Part shown: piece after piece, positions 1 through 9,253 of the stretch
Layout: the number at the start of each line of letters is the position of its first letter
How positions within the stretch are numbered: the first letter of the stretch is position 1
NCBI GenBank assembly: GCA_044359535.1
Contig: JBIKLZ010000014.1
Coordinates: forward strand, 1 to 23,748
Direction: 5' to 3'
Length of the DNA stretch: 23,748 nt
Source of the DNA: Chlamydiia bacterium
GTDB lineage: Bacteria; Chlamydiota; Chlamydiia; Chlamydiales; 2-12-FULL-49-11
Notes under the pieces: generated by a model
Databases searched by the model: none
Told to the model about the DNA's origin: nothing
Seen by the model: only the letters and a program-made list of their open reading frames with translations
Translations under genes and position numbers: made by a program

Positions 1-2
1 AT

Positions 3-1022
3 GTGGGCAATTCCGGCTTAGCTCTTCGATTTTTTATTGGCTTATCTGCCCTTGTAGGTGAAGAGGTGCTCATCACAGGGGATGATTCTATTAAAAAAAA
101 TAGACCTGTAAAACCCCTTTTAGATCTTTATCGAAAACAGGGAATAGAGGTTTCCTCTTTTGAGGAAAGATCCGATGGAATCCTTTCGATAAAAGGAAAA
201 TTGCAACCCGGTTCGATGGTTATTGATGGAAAAGATTCACAACCTGTCTCTGCATTACTCTTTGTAGCCTCTTTTTTACAAGGTCCTTCAGAAATCTTTG
301 TTCTACATCCAGGGGAAAAACCTTGGGTAGATTTAACAATGCACTGGCTATCCTTTGTGGGGGCAGTTGTATTTAATGAAGGGTATCGTTTTTATGAAGT
401 GGAAGGAAACTCTTCTTATAAAGGATTTAACATATCCATCGGAGGGGATTATTCAACAGCAATGTTTCCTGTTGCTGCGGCACTGTTATCGAAAAAGGAA
501 GTGAGAATTCATGGATTAGATCCCAAAAGTATGCAGGGGGATAAAATGACTTTGGATATTTTTAAAAAAATGGGGGCACATATTTACTTCAGGGGAGAAA
601 TTCTATTTGTAACGGCAAATGAAGATCTAAAGGGGGTAGAGGTTGATATCAATGACTGCATTGATTCACTACCCATCCTTTCGGTTGTAGCGGCTTTTGC
701 AAAGACAAAGACAAGGATCACTGGGGCAACAATAGCTAGGTCTAAAGAGTGTGATCGAATAGCGGTAATGAGTGAAAGGTTAATACAGATGGGGGCACAC
801 GTTGAAGTGCATCTAGATGGAATGACTATTTATCCATCAACGATTAAGGGAGCAAAATTTAATGGTGCAAACGATCATAGGGTTGTTCTCTCTTTAATGG
901 TTGCTGCCGCTTTTGCAAACTCTGCATCAGAAATTGATGGAGTGGAGGTGTGTGCAAAAACCTTTCCAACAGCTATTTATGAGTTTTGTTCTTCAGGCTT
1001 AGACCTTACTTTAGACCTATAG
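3..1022 (+). CDS. aroA: 3-phosphoshikimate 1-carboxyvinyltransferase (EPSP synthase), 5'-truncated by the window edge
   Basis: Motifs GNSG..LRF, RPVKPL, DSQPVSALL, RSKECDRI, NDHRVV, KTFP; adjacent to aroK and aroC. The frame is open from the window start, so the true start lies upstream. Confidence 0.95.
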   Translation: MGNSGLALRFFIGLSALVGEEVLITGDDSIKKNRPVKPLLDLYRKQGIEVSSFEERSDGILSIKGKLQPGSMVIDGKDSQPVSALLFVASFLQGPSEIFVLHPGEKPWVDLTMHWLSFVGAVVFNEGYRFYEVEGNSSYKGFNISIGGDYSTAMFPVAAALLSKKEVRIHGLDPKSMQGDKMTLDIFKKMGAHIYFRGEILFVTANEDLKGVEVDINDCIDSLPILSVVAAFAKTKTRITGATIARSKECDRIAVMSERLIQMGAHVEVHLDGMTIYPSTIKGAKFNGANDHRVVLSLMVAAAFANSASEIDGVEVCAKTFPTAIYEFCSSGLDLTLDL

Positions 1023-1025
1023 TAA

Positions 1026-1496
1026 ATGAGAAATATTATATTAATTGGGTATCAGGGTGTGGGAAAAACCTTTTATGGAAAAAGGCTTTCAAGACATTTT
1101 TCCATGAATTTTATTGATACCGATGCCCTTTTAGAAGAAAAATTCAAAACAAGTATAAAAAATCTTTATAAGACTCTTGGTGAAAAGGATTTTAGAAATA
1201 GAGAAAAAGAGAGTATACTTCAATTAAAAGAGGTTAAAAATTCTGTGATTGCTACAGGGGGTGGGGTTGTAGAGATTGAAGATATTACCTTTTTTTTACA
1301 AGGGCTTGGACTGGTTGTCTATATTCATTGTGAACTACACCTTTTGAAAAGTAGATGGAAACAGGAGGGTCTTTTTTATAATGGGGTGGATATTGAAGAG
1401 AAATTTAACCAAAGAGCGAGGTTGTATGAAACCTGTTGTCATAAAAAAGTGGAGGGCAAATGGGATCAAATTCTTTCGGTAGGCAATTTGAGGTGA
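1026..1496 (+). CDS. aroK: Shikimate kinase
   Basis: P-loop GYQGVGKT, FIDTD, GEKDFRNRE, VIATGGG, RARLY; lies between aroA and aroC. The 3' end overlaps aroC by 37 nt. Confidence 0.92.
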   Translation: MRNIILIGYQGVGKTFYGKRLSRHFSMNFIDTDALLEEKFKTSIKNLYKTLGEKDFRNREKESILQLKEVKNSVIATGGGVVEIEDITFFLQGLGLVVYIHCELHLLKSRWKQEGLFYNGVDIEEKFNQRARLYETCCHKKVEGKWDQILSVGNLR

Positions 1497-2464
1497 CAAC
1501 ATTTGGGGAGTCCCATGGTAAGGGAATAGGATGTGTAATAGATGGCTGTCCGGCGGGAGTTGCAATTGATGAACAATTCATAGAAAAAGAAATGCACAGA
1601 AGGCGTCCGGGGTTTTCTCCTTTTACATCCCCAAGGAAGGAAGAGGATGTGGTAGAAATTTTATCGGGGGTGTTTGAGGGAGTTTCTACTGGGGCTCCAA
1701 TTACACTATGGATTAAGAACGCAGATCAAAGAAGTGGGTCTTACGATGAGGTGAAAAATGTCATTCGGGTTGGACATGCCAATTATTCATACTTAAAAAA
1801 ATATGGGATATTTGACTACAGAGGAGGAGGAAGATCCTCGGCAAGAGAGACTTCAGCTAGAGTCGCAGCAGGGGCAATTGCTAAGCAAATTATTGCACCT
1901 ATTGCTATTGAGGCAAAGGTGATTGAAATAGGGGGGTGTACAAAAGATTTTGAAACCCTTTTAGAGGAAGCAATTAGAGAAAAGGATTCTTTAGGGGGTT
2001 TAATTGAGTGTGTTGTAAAAAATGTCCCAGCAGGGCTTGGCGACCCTATGTATGAAAAAATGGAGGCAAATTTAGCTAAAGCCATTTTGTCGATACATGC
2101 GTGTAAAGGGATTGAATTTGGTTCAGGGTTTAACTCTGCTAAAATGAGAGGATCGACCCATAATGATCAGATGGAGGATGGAAAATTTATAACAAATCAT
2201 CATGGGGGTATTTTAGGGGGGATAACTACAGGGGAAGATGTGATTTTTAGAGCCCCTTTTAAACCCACATCCTCTATAAAACAGGCGATGAAAACAATGA
2301 CTTTAGATGGAAAAAATATAACCTCTACATTAGATGAAAATGCAAGGCATGACCCTTGTGTAGCTTTAAGGGCGCCAGTTATTGTTGAGGCAATGACAGC
2401 TCTTGTCTTTGTAGATTTTTTCTTATTAATGGGTTGTTCTAAAATAGAAAAAGCTCTAATGTAA
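1460..2464 (+). CDS. aroC: Chorismate synthase
   Basis: TFGESHG, RGGGRSSARET, NHHGGILGGIT, FKPTSSI, RHDPCV signatures; GGAGG RBS upstream of the ATG. Confidence 0.97.
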   Translation: MGSNSFGRQFEVTTFGESHGKGIGCVIDGCPAGVAIDEQFIEKEMHRRRPGFSPFTSPRKEEDVVEILSGVFEGVSTGAPITLWIKNADQRSGSYDEVKNVIRVGHANYSYLKKYGIFDYRGGGRSSARETSARVAAGAIAKQIIAPIAIEAKVIEIGGCTKDFETLLEEAIREKDSLGGLIECVVKNVPAGLGDPMYEKMEANLAKAILSIHACKGIEFGSGFNSAKMRGSTHNDQMEDGKFITNHHGGILGGITTGEDVIFRAPFKPTSSIKQAMKTMTLDGKNITSTLDENARHDPCVALRAPVIVEAMTALVFVDFFLLMGCSKIEKALM

Positions 2465-2496
2465 GGATTATTTTTACTTATCGGGGTTTTTGGTTT

Positions 2497-3867
2497 ATGG
2501 ACGTTACGATGCTATCGCGTATCCAGTTTGCTTTAAATATTTCTTTTCATTATCTATTTCCCCCAATGACAATTGGTCTTGCATGGGTCATTGTATTTAT
2601 GGAAGGGCTGTATTTAAAAACAAAAAATAGAGAGTACTATAAAATCACCCGATTTTTGGTAAATATTTTTGGTTTGTTTTTTGCAATGGGTGTAGCAACA
2701 GGCTTTGTTCAGTTATTTGCATTTGGAAATAATTGGTCACAATTTTCAAAGTTTGTAGGCAATGTCTTTGGATCAATGCTTGCTGCCGAAGGGGTCTTTG
2801 CCTTTTTTATGGAGGCGGGATTTTTAGGAATCATGATATTTGGGTGGACAAGGGTTAAGCCTTTTACACATTTTTTTGCTACAATCATGGTTTCTTTAGG
2901 AGCCACATTTAGTGCAACATGGATTGTCATGGCTAATTCATGGATGCAAACCCCATCTGGATATAAGATCGTGGGAGAAGGGATCTATAAAAGAGCTGTG
3001 ATAACCGATCTATGGGAAGTTTATTTTTCCCCCTCATTTTTGACAAGATTAGGGCATGTGCTTTTAGGATGCTTTCTCACAGGGATCTTTTTAGTGATCA
3101 GTATTTCTGCCTACTATGTTTTAAAAAATAGACATGATTTTTTTGGGAAAAGGATGCTAAGGGGGATGCTTTGGGTTGCTTTAGTCACCTTACTTCTTCA
3201 ATTATGGTCAGCTGATAGTAGTGCAAGGGGGGTTGCAAGAGATCAACCTGTGAAATTTGCAGCCCTTGAGGGAATATTTGAAACAAAGCCTAATACCCCT
3301 ATTACAGTGATTGGGATCATTGATATGGAGACAGAAAAAGTCTCAGGAATTTCTATTCCATCGGGATTAAGTTTGTTAACCTATCGAGATCTGCATACAG
3401 CAGTCCCTGGACTTAATGAATTTCCTAAAGAAAATTGGCCCCATGTTCCAACAGTGTTTTATTGCTATCATATGATGATATATTGTTGGGGGGGGATGGT
3501 TATGATAGCCTTATTAGGTCTTTTATTCAGAAAAAACTTTTTAAAGAGAAAATGGTTCCTATGGTTTGCGATGATTGGAATTATTTTTCCTTATATAGCA
3601 AACATTGCAGGATGGTTTACAGCTGAAGTGGGTCGCCAACCTTGGATAGTGTACAATGTTATGAGAACTTCTGAGGGAGTCTCAAGAGTGGTGCATCGAT
3701 CCGATGTGATTGCTTCTCTTGTCATGTTTATCTTTATGTATTCAATGATGGGAACCTTATTTTTTTACCTTTTGAATAAGAAAATACAAAAAGGCCCTGT
3801 CTTTGATGATGAAGAAGGCTCGGATTCAGAATATAAAGATCCCTATTTACAATTACATAAAAAATAA
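2497..3867 (+). CDS. cydA: Cytochrome bd ubiquinol oxidase subunit I
   Basis: LSRIQFA, FHYLFPP (heme-ligand His), EGVFAFFMEA, ANSWMQTP, QPVKFAALEG (Q-loop), GWFTAEVGRQPW. Confidence 0.96.
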   Translation: MDVTMLSRIQFALNISFHYLFPPMTIGLAWVIVFMEGLYLKTKNREYYKITRFLVNIFGLFFAMGVATGFVQLFAFGNNWSQFSKFVGNVFGSMLAAEGVFAFFMEAGFLGIMIFGWTRVKPFTHFFATIMVSLGATFSATWIVMANSWMQTPSGYKIVGEGIYKRAVITDLWEVYFSPSFLTRLGHVLLGCFLTGIFLVISISAYYVLKNRHDFFGKRMLRGMLWVALVTLLLQLWSADSSARGVARDQPVKFAALEGIFETKPNTPITVIGIIDMETEKVSGISIPSGLSLLTYRDLHTAVPGLNEFPKENWPHVPTVFYCYHMMIYCWGGMVMIALLGLLFRKNFLKRKWFLWFAMIGIIFPYIANIAGWFTAEVGRQPWIVYNVMRTSEGVSRVVHRSDVIASLVMFIFMYSMMGTLFFYLLNKKIQKGPVFDDEEGSDSEYKDPYLQLHKK

Positions 3868-3875
3868 GAGGTTTT

Positions 3876-4904
3876 ATGCCAACAGAAATGTTACAAATAT
3901 TAGCATATTTAATTGTAGGGGCATCGGTTGCTTTATACGTTGTCTTAGATGGTTTTGATCTTGGGGTGGGCCTTTTGCAAATATTTGCAGGAAAAGATGA
4001 ACATCGAAGGATCCTTTTAAATTCTATAGGACCTTTTTGGGATGGAAACGAAGTGTGGTTGATTGCCATTTTTGGCGCTTTATTTGTTGCTTTTCCAGAT
4101 GTCTATGCAGTCCTTCTTTCTGGTTTTTACCTTCTTATCATGTTGATGTTACTTGGCTTTATTATTCGTGGTGTTGCTATTGAATTTAGATCCAAAGAAA
4201 AATCCTTACGATGGAGGTACTTTTGGGATGGGGCCTTTTGGTTTTCTTCAATGATTATTACCTTTTCATTGGGAGTTATTTTAGGCAATCTTCTCTTAGG
4301 TGTCCCAATAACTGTTGAAAGGGAGATGGATCTTCCTATGAGTGAAGTGTTTCACCCCTACTCGGTATTTATTGGAATGTTTGCAATTTCACTGTTTGCA
4401 ACTCATGGATCGCTTTTTCTCCTTATGAAAACCGAAGGAGAATTACAACATCGGTTACATAATTTTGCAAAATACTTAATCCCCCTTTTTTACTTTTTCT
4501 TTGTAACAGCTACCATTTGGACATGGGAAACTGTCCCACATATTACTGAAGCTTTCATAGAACAAAAGATCTTTTTTATTGCTCCAGCGGTCCTTATTTT
4601 TTTTATGGCTTGTTTACCTATAGCTTTAGCTAAAAAACGCTATGGATACTGCTTTTTATCCTCAATGATCACAATAGTTCTTTTGTTCTTACTGATAGTT
4701 ATAGGGACTTTTCCAGATATGATCCCATCCTCTTTAGATTATAGTCGAAATACATTGACCTTGTATAATGCATCCTCACAAAGAACAACTCTCATTGTGA
4801 CGATGTTTATAGCTGCTTTTGGTATTCCTTTGGTCTTTTTGTATGGCACGATTTTATACACCATTTTTAGGGGAAAAACAAGGCTAACAGATCACTCCTA
4901 CTAG
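3876..4904 (+). CDS. cydB: Cytochrome bd ubiquinol oxidase subunit II
   Basis: LDGFDLGVG, IGPFWDGNEVWL, RGVAIEFR, TIFRGK; follows cydA with a GAGG RBS. Confidence 0.96.
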   Translation: MPTEMLQILAYLIVGASVALYVVLDGFDLGVGLLQIFAGKDEHRRILLNSIGPFWDGNEVWLIAIFGALFVAFPDVYAVLLSGFYLLIMLMLLGFIIRGVAIEFRSKEKSLRWRYFWDGAFWFSSMIITFSLGVILGNLLLGVPITVEREMDLPMSEVFHPYSVFIGMFAISLFATHGSLFLLMKTEGELQHRLHNFAKYLIPLFYFFFVTATIWTWETVPHITEAFIEQKIFFIAPAVLIFFMACLPIALAKKRYGYCFLSSMITIVLLFLLIVIGTFPDMIPSSLDYSRNTLTLYNASSQRTTLIVTMFIAAFGIPLVFLYGTILYTIFRGKTRLTDHSY

Positions 4905-4905
4905 G

Positions 4906-5745
4906 TTATCGGTGCCCTTTCCATCCAAGCTTTTGACGTAAAATCGAGTAAAAAAAATTATCCTTATTGGGGAAAGAGATGAGGTTAAACAATGAAGGGG
5001 CCTTTTTTATCAAAGTCATTTGATCTTTTTGAAGTGGATAAGAGGTTAAACCATCGACAGTTGTCATAATAGTGCTATTTTTTGAAATGGACTTTATTTC
5101 AATATTTGAAGAGCCTGGGATGATAAATGGGCGAGTGGTTAGGGTGTGGGGGCAAATAGGAGTGATAGCAAAAACATCCAATGTTGGGAAAATAATAGGG
5201 CCTCCGGCAGCTAAATTATAGGCTGTAGATCCAGTTGGGGTTGAAATAATAAGACCATCGGATTGAAACGTGTTAAAATATTGACCATCAATAGTAATTT
5301 GAAGCTCAACCATTGACTTAGTTTCCCCCCGATGAAGGACAATATCATTTATGGCAGAGTATTTTCTTTCTACAGGGGAGAGGGCTTCAAGGATAATTCT
5401 TTGGTCAACTGTATAACTTCCTTGAATAAGATCGTCTAAATATCCATGAAACTCTTCTATCCGAATGTCAGCCATAAATCCAAGAGAACCAAAGTTGATC
5501 GCTGTAAAAACAGGGTTGTTATGGTGTTTATATTTATTCGCAAAATATAAAAGTGTTCCATCCCCCCCAAGGGTAATAAAAATATCGATGGGGGTATTTT
5601 TGTCAATTAAAGGAAGGGGAAAAAGCTCTTTAACCTCATCATCAATAAAGACTTCAACGTTATTTCGATGGAGATATTCCATAATAGGAAAAACAAAGTT
5701 TTTAGCAGGAGCTTTATCGTAGCTGGGGCAAATTCCGATTTTCAT
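4906..5745 (-). CDS. nadK: NAD(+) kinase
   Basis: LGGDGTLL, INFGSLGF, AINDIV, DGLIISTPTGSTAYNLAAGGP, TPICPH, C-terminal LRQKLGW. Confidence 0.95.
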   Translation of the reverse strand: MKIGICPSYDKAPAKNFVFPIMEYLHRNNVEVFIDDEVKELFPLPLIDKNTPIDIFITLGGDGTLLYFANKYKHHNNPVFTAINFGSLGFMADIRIEEFHGYLDDLIQGSYTVDQRIILEALSPVERKYSAINDIVLHRGETKSMVELQITIDGQYFNTFQSDGLIISTPTGSTAYNLAAGGPIIFPTLDVFAITPICPHTLTTRPFIIPGSSNIEIKSISKNSTIMTTVDGLTSYPLQKDQMTLIKKAPSLFNLISFPNKDNFFYSILRQKLGWKGHR

Positions 5746-5811
5746 AAAGATTTTTTATAGATCCTTTTAAATCACAAGATACATATTTTATCGATTTATA
5801 CCACTTCTTTT

Positions 5812-6078
5812 TTAAAAAGGGAGGTCTTTATCGTGAATAAAATCTGTTTCAAGGGGTTTTCCATTCTCATCTAAAATGAGCTCTTTTTCCCTATTTTTCA
5901 TCAATTGGGTGATTTTTTTTTCGGCTGAATCGATTTTTTTATTACAGGATTTGATGAGAGAATCGGCCTCTTCGTATAAAGAAAGAGAATGTTCAAGGGA
6001 GACTTCCCCATGATTGATTTTCTCAAGGATTTCCTCAAGTCTTGCGTAGGCTTCTTCAAATGTGTGTTCTTTTTTCAT
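5812..6078 (-). CDS. xseB: Exodeoxyribonuclease VII small subunit
   Basis: TFEEAYARLEEILEKINHGEVSLEHSLSLYEEA...C...AEKKI; overlaps the xseA 3' end. Confidence 0.93.
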   Translation of the reverse strand: MKKEHTFEEAYARLEEILEKINHGEVSLEHSLSLYEEADSLIKSCNKKIDSAEKKITQLMKNREKELILDENGKPLETDFIHDKDLPF

Positions 6079-7357
6079 GATGGTTTTCCTTTAAGGTTTC
6101 AATAGTTGCTAAAGCTTCTCCGTTAGCTAGTTTAATTTGGACTCTGTGGTCCCTTTGTAACTGAGATATAGAGGTAATTAGCTCATTAGTTTGATCTTTA
6201 AAAACAAGACAGTACCCTTTTTTGAGGATATTGCTAGGATTTACAGAGAATAGATGTTCTTTGATGGACTCTATTTTTTCTTTCAATCGATAGATTTTTG
6301 TCATTGGTGAGAAAAGGGCTAGGGTTTTTTCCTTTTCTTTAATGAGGGTTTTTTTCATTTGAATGACTTGTTGAAGGCTTTTATCCATAGAATAGGAGAG
6401 TTCATCTACATTTTGAATAAAGATAGAAAGCATCGAGTAAGGGGAAAGAAAGGCTTTTGACGAAGCTATTTTTGAAAGTGTAGCCTTAGATTGTTTTATG
6501 TGGGAGAAAATGGCTTTTGAAATAGACTCATTTAACTTTTGAAGTTGGTGTTGAAGAGCTAACTTATCAACAACAACAATTTCAGCAGCTGCTGAAGGGG
6601 TTGGAGCTCTTACATCTGCGCAAAAGTCTGCAATAGTAAAATCGGTTTCATGGCCACAGGCAGAAATGATAGGGATCTTTGACCTAAATATAGCGTCAGC
6701 AACAACCCTTTCATTAAAGGAGAAAAGATCCTCTAAAGATCCCCCGCCACGCCCAACAATCATCACATCGACAAGGTTGTGTTTATTAAAATCATCAATT
6801 GCCTTTGCAATTTCAATTTCTGCTAAAGGCCCTTGAACAGCAACAGGGTTTAAAATAAGTTGAAAATTTGGATACCTTCTTGATAAAACATGAATTATAT
6901 CTTTGATCACAGCCCCTGTAGGGGAGGTAACGACTCCAATTTTTTTTGGAAACTTCGGAAGGGGTTTTTTTCTATCAGGAGAAAAATACCCTAATTTAGA
7001 AAGCTCCTCTTTTAAAAGGTGAAGCTTCATTAAAAGATCCCCAGTACCGGTTTTTGAAATCTTTTGAGCAATGATTTGATAACTGCCCCTTGGGGCATAG
7101 AGAGAAATTTCCCCTTCAACAATAATTTCATCCCCATCTTTAGGCAAAAGGGTTTTTTGAGCAAAACCTGAAAATAGGGCTACTGAAATGGCACTTGAGG
7201 CATCTTTAAGGGTAAAATAGATATGGCCACTAGATTGCTTTTTTAAATTAGAAACCTCGCCTTTTACCTGTATAAACTTAAAATGTCCCTCTAAAAGATG
7301 TTTAATTTGATAGGTAAGAGATGAAACGGTGTGAATATTTTTTACAGTTTTTTCCAT
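6056..7357 (-). CDS. xseA: Exodeoxyribonuclease VII large subunit (433 aa; start moved to ATG 7357)
   Basis: VKGEVSN..SGHIYFTLKD (OB fold), IGVVTSPTGAVIKD, RGGGSLEDL, GHETDFTIADFCADVRAPTPSAAAE. The start was moved because the extra 24 codons in the ORF track span the divergent promoter and would leave only 5 nt before tpiA. Confidence 0.95.
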   Translation of the reverse strand: MEKTVKNIHTVSSLTYQIKHLLEGHFKFIQVKGEVSNLKKQSSGHIYFTLKDASSAISVALFSGFAQKTLLPKDGDEIIVEGEISLYAPRGSYQIIAQKISKTGTGDLLMKLHLLKEELSKLGYFSPDRKKPLPKFPKKIGVVTSPTGAVIKDIIHVLSRRYPNFQLILNPVAVQGPLAEIEIAKAIDDFNKHNLVDVMIVGRGGGSLEDLFSFNERVVADAIFRSKIPIISACGHETDFTIADFCADVRAPTPSAAAEIVVVDKLALQHQLQKLNESISKAIFSHIKQSKATLSKIASSKAFLSPYSMLSIFIQNVDELSYSMDKSLQQVIQMKKTLIKEKEKTLALFSPMTKIYRLKEKIESIKEHLFSVNPSNILKKGYCLVFKDQTNELITSISQLQRDHRVQIKLANGEALATIETLKENHHEKRTHI

Positions 7358-7366
7358 AAGAAAGAA

Positions 7367-7395
7367 AGGATAGGCTATTTTTAGCAAATTTTCAA
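7367..7395 (-). promoter_or_regulatory. Putative sigma66/70 promoter for xseA: TTGAAA-N17-TATCCT
   Basis: Minus strand reads TTGAAA atttgctaaaaatagcc TATCCT ttctttctt ATG; -35 at 7390-7395, -10 at 7367-7372. Confidence 0.5.
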
Positions 7396-7396
7396 C

Positions 7397-7426
7397 TTGA
7401 AAATGGCAGTATAGATCTGATACAAT
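7397..7426 (+). promoter_or_regulatory. Putative sigma66/70 promoter for tpiA-secG-def: TTGAAA-N18-TACAAT with extended -10 TG
   Basis: TTGAAA 7397-7402, TG at 7418-7419, TACAAT 7421-7426, then 8 nt to the tpiA ATG. Confidence 0.55.
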
Positions 7427-7434
7427 CATTAGCT

Positions 7435-8175
7435 ATGAAAAAAATAGTGATAGCGAACTGGAAAATGAACAAACTTCAGAGAGAAACCTCTGATTTTATA
7501 AATCAACTAGTGGTCCATAATGATTTAAATATTGCTATTATTCCCCCCTTTTTATCAATTAGGGAAGCTAAGTATATGGCTCCTTCTAAAAATATCCGTA
7601 TAGGATCTCAAAATATGTCTGAGTATTCTTTTGGCCCCTATACAGGGGAGATTTCAGCCCGTATGTTAAAGGATGTAGGGTGTGATTTTGTCCTTTTAGG
7701 GCACAGTGAAAGAAGGCATCTTTTTTTTGAAAGTAACGAATCTATTGCAAGAAAAGTAGAGCGAGCTGTTGTAGAAAATATGCCTTTTATCCTCTGTGTA
7801 GGAGAAACCCTTGAAGAAAATGCTCTTTTTCAGACAGAAGAGGTGATTTCTAAAATGCTTGAAGTGGGTTTATCGGATCTATTTGGAAACCATTTTTCTC
7901 TTCTTACAATTGCCTATGAACCTGTCTGGGCAATTGGTACAGGAAGGGTTGCAGATAAAGAATCGATAAAAAAAACTCATGCAATGATTCGATCAAAACT
8001 GATCGAATTTGATAAGGATTGGGGAAAGAAAATCCCTATCCTTTATGGGGGTTCTGTGGGGATAAATAACATTTCAGATATTCTTGATATAGAGAATGTA
8101 GATGGTGTTTTAGTGGGTAACGCTTCATTAGAAGTTCAATCATTTAATCAGTTAATTAATAAGGCGGTAAGTTAG
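7435..8175 (+). CDS. tpiA: Triosephosphate isomerase
   Basis: ANWKMN, GPYTGEIS, LGHSERR, IAYEPVWAIGTG, LYGGSV, VDGVLVGNASL. Confidence 0.97.
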   Translation: MKKIVIANWKMNKLQRETSDFINQLVVHNDLNIAIIPPFLSIREAKYMAPSKNIRIGSQNMSEYSFGPYTGEISARMLKDVGCDFVLLGHSERRHLFFESNESIARKVERAVVENMPFILCVGETLEENALFQTEEVISKMLEVGLSDLFGNHFSLLTIAYEPVWAIGTGRVADKESIKKTHAMIRSKLIEFDKDWGKKIPILYGGSVGINNISDILDIENVDGVLVGNASLEVQSFNQLINKAVS

Positions 8176-8177
8176 GT

Positions 8178-8468
8178 ATGTCATTTATGTTTTTTCTTTG
8201 TGTCTTTTTGTTTGTTGCAATAGGTGTAATTCTCTCTTTACTTATTTTGGTACAAGAGAGCAAAAGTTTAGGTCTTGGCGCCTCCTTTGGAGGGGATAGT
8301 TCTTCATCTTTGTTTGGGGCATCCACAGCCGAAATTGTAAAAAAGATCACCGCCTACTTGGCTTTGATTTTTCTCGTGGGTTCTTTATGTATTACCTATG
8401 GATCTCATGCCTTATCAAAAGCCCCAAAGGAGCAACCTGTTGAAATTCAATCGGTAGAGGAAAAATGA
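8178..8468 (+). CDS. secG: Preprotein translocase subunit SecG
   Basis: Two TM segments flanking LILVQESKSLGLGASFGG...SLFG; conserved position downstream of tpiA. Confidence 0.9.
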   Translation: MSFMFFLCVFLFVAIGVILSLLILVQESKSLGLGASFGGDSSSSLFGASTAEIVKKITAYLALIFLVGSLCITYGSHALSKAPKEQPVEIQSVEEK

Positions 8469-9037
8469 AACCGCTAAGATATTTAGGAGATCCAGTTTTA
8501 CGTGAGGTGTGTAAAGAGGTTCAAGAGATCACTCCCTACATAGAAAAAGTTGTCCAAGAGTTGATAGATGGGGTTAAAGCTCATAACGGAGCAGGCCTTG
8601 CTGCCCCGCAAATCGGGTATCCATTAAGAATTTTTGTCAATGTTTACTCTAGTGAAGTAGATGAAGAAGGGTATGCTCTTTGTCTTAAAGAACCTGAGGT
8701 CTATATTAACCCTGTGATTACAACATTCTCTAAGAAGAAATTTGTCACTTCTGAGGGGTGCCTTTCTATTCCCGGTGTTTCGGCGCAGGTGAGTAGAGCT
8801 CATGATATTGAGATTGACTACACAAATCTTAAAGGAGAGAGAATAAAAGGGGTTTTTGAAACTAAATGGAGGGCAAAATGCCTTCAACATGAGATGGACC
8901 ACCTTAATGGAATTTTATATGTGGATCATATCTCAAAAAAGGATTTTTTAAAGATAGAAAAAAGCCTTAAATTATTGGAAGTAAAGACTTTACAAGATAA
9001 ACAGTGGAATGTAAATTCAAAAAATTTTCTCAATTAA
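8465..9037 (+). CDS. def: Peptide deformylase
   Basis: All three motifs present: GAGLAAPQIG, EGCLSIPG, QHEMDHLNG; ATGA overlap with secG. Confidence 0.97.
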   Translation: MKPLRYLGDPVLREVCKEVQEITPYIEKVVQELIDGVKAHNGAGLAAPQIGYPLRIFVNVYSSEVDEEGYALCLKEPEVYINPVITTFSKKKFVTSEGCLSIPGVSAQVSRAHDIEIDYTNLKGERIKGVFETKWRAKCLQHEMDHLNGILYVDHISKKDFLKIEKSLKLLEVKTLQDKQWNVNSKNFLN

Positions 9038-9253
9038 ATAGATTTTTTTTCATTAGCTAGTTCCTTAGCCATTTCATTGTTGAGCCACATTTTTTTAAAA
9101 GGAATGACCAACTTGACTAACCCTCTTATGCTTATTGGGATGCGTAAAACATCATAAATATTTAATATAATTTTTTTATAAATTTATTTGGATTTTAATT
9201 CATTAATTACTGTATAATTAATATATAAAATATTAATTTAAGAGGTTTTTTTT

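Noticed and set aside
7358..7429. ORF-track N-terminal extension of xseA
   Set aside because: It would occupy the whole divergent promoter region; the recognisable XseA sequence begins at MEKTVKNIHTVSSL.
9188..9218. Full promoter call for the Inc-like gene (TTGGAT...TATAAT)
   Set aside because: The spacing is 19 nt and the region is so AT-rich that several -10-like hexamers compete; it cannot be assigned reliably.
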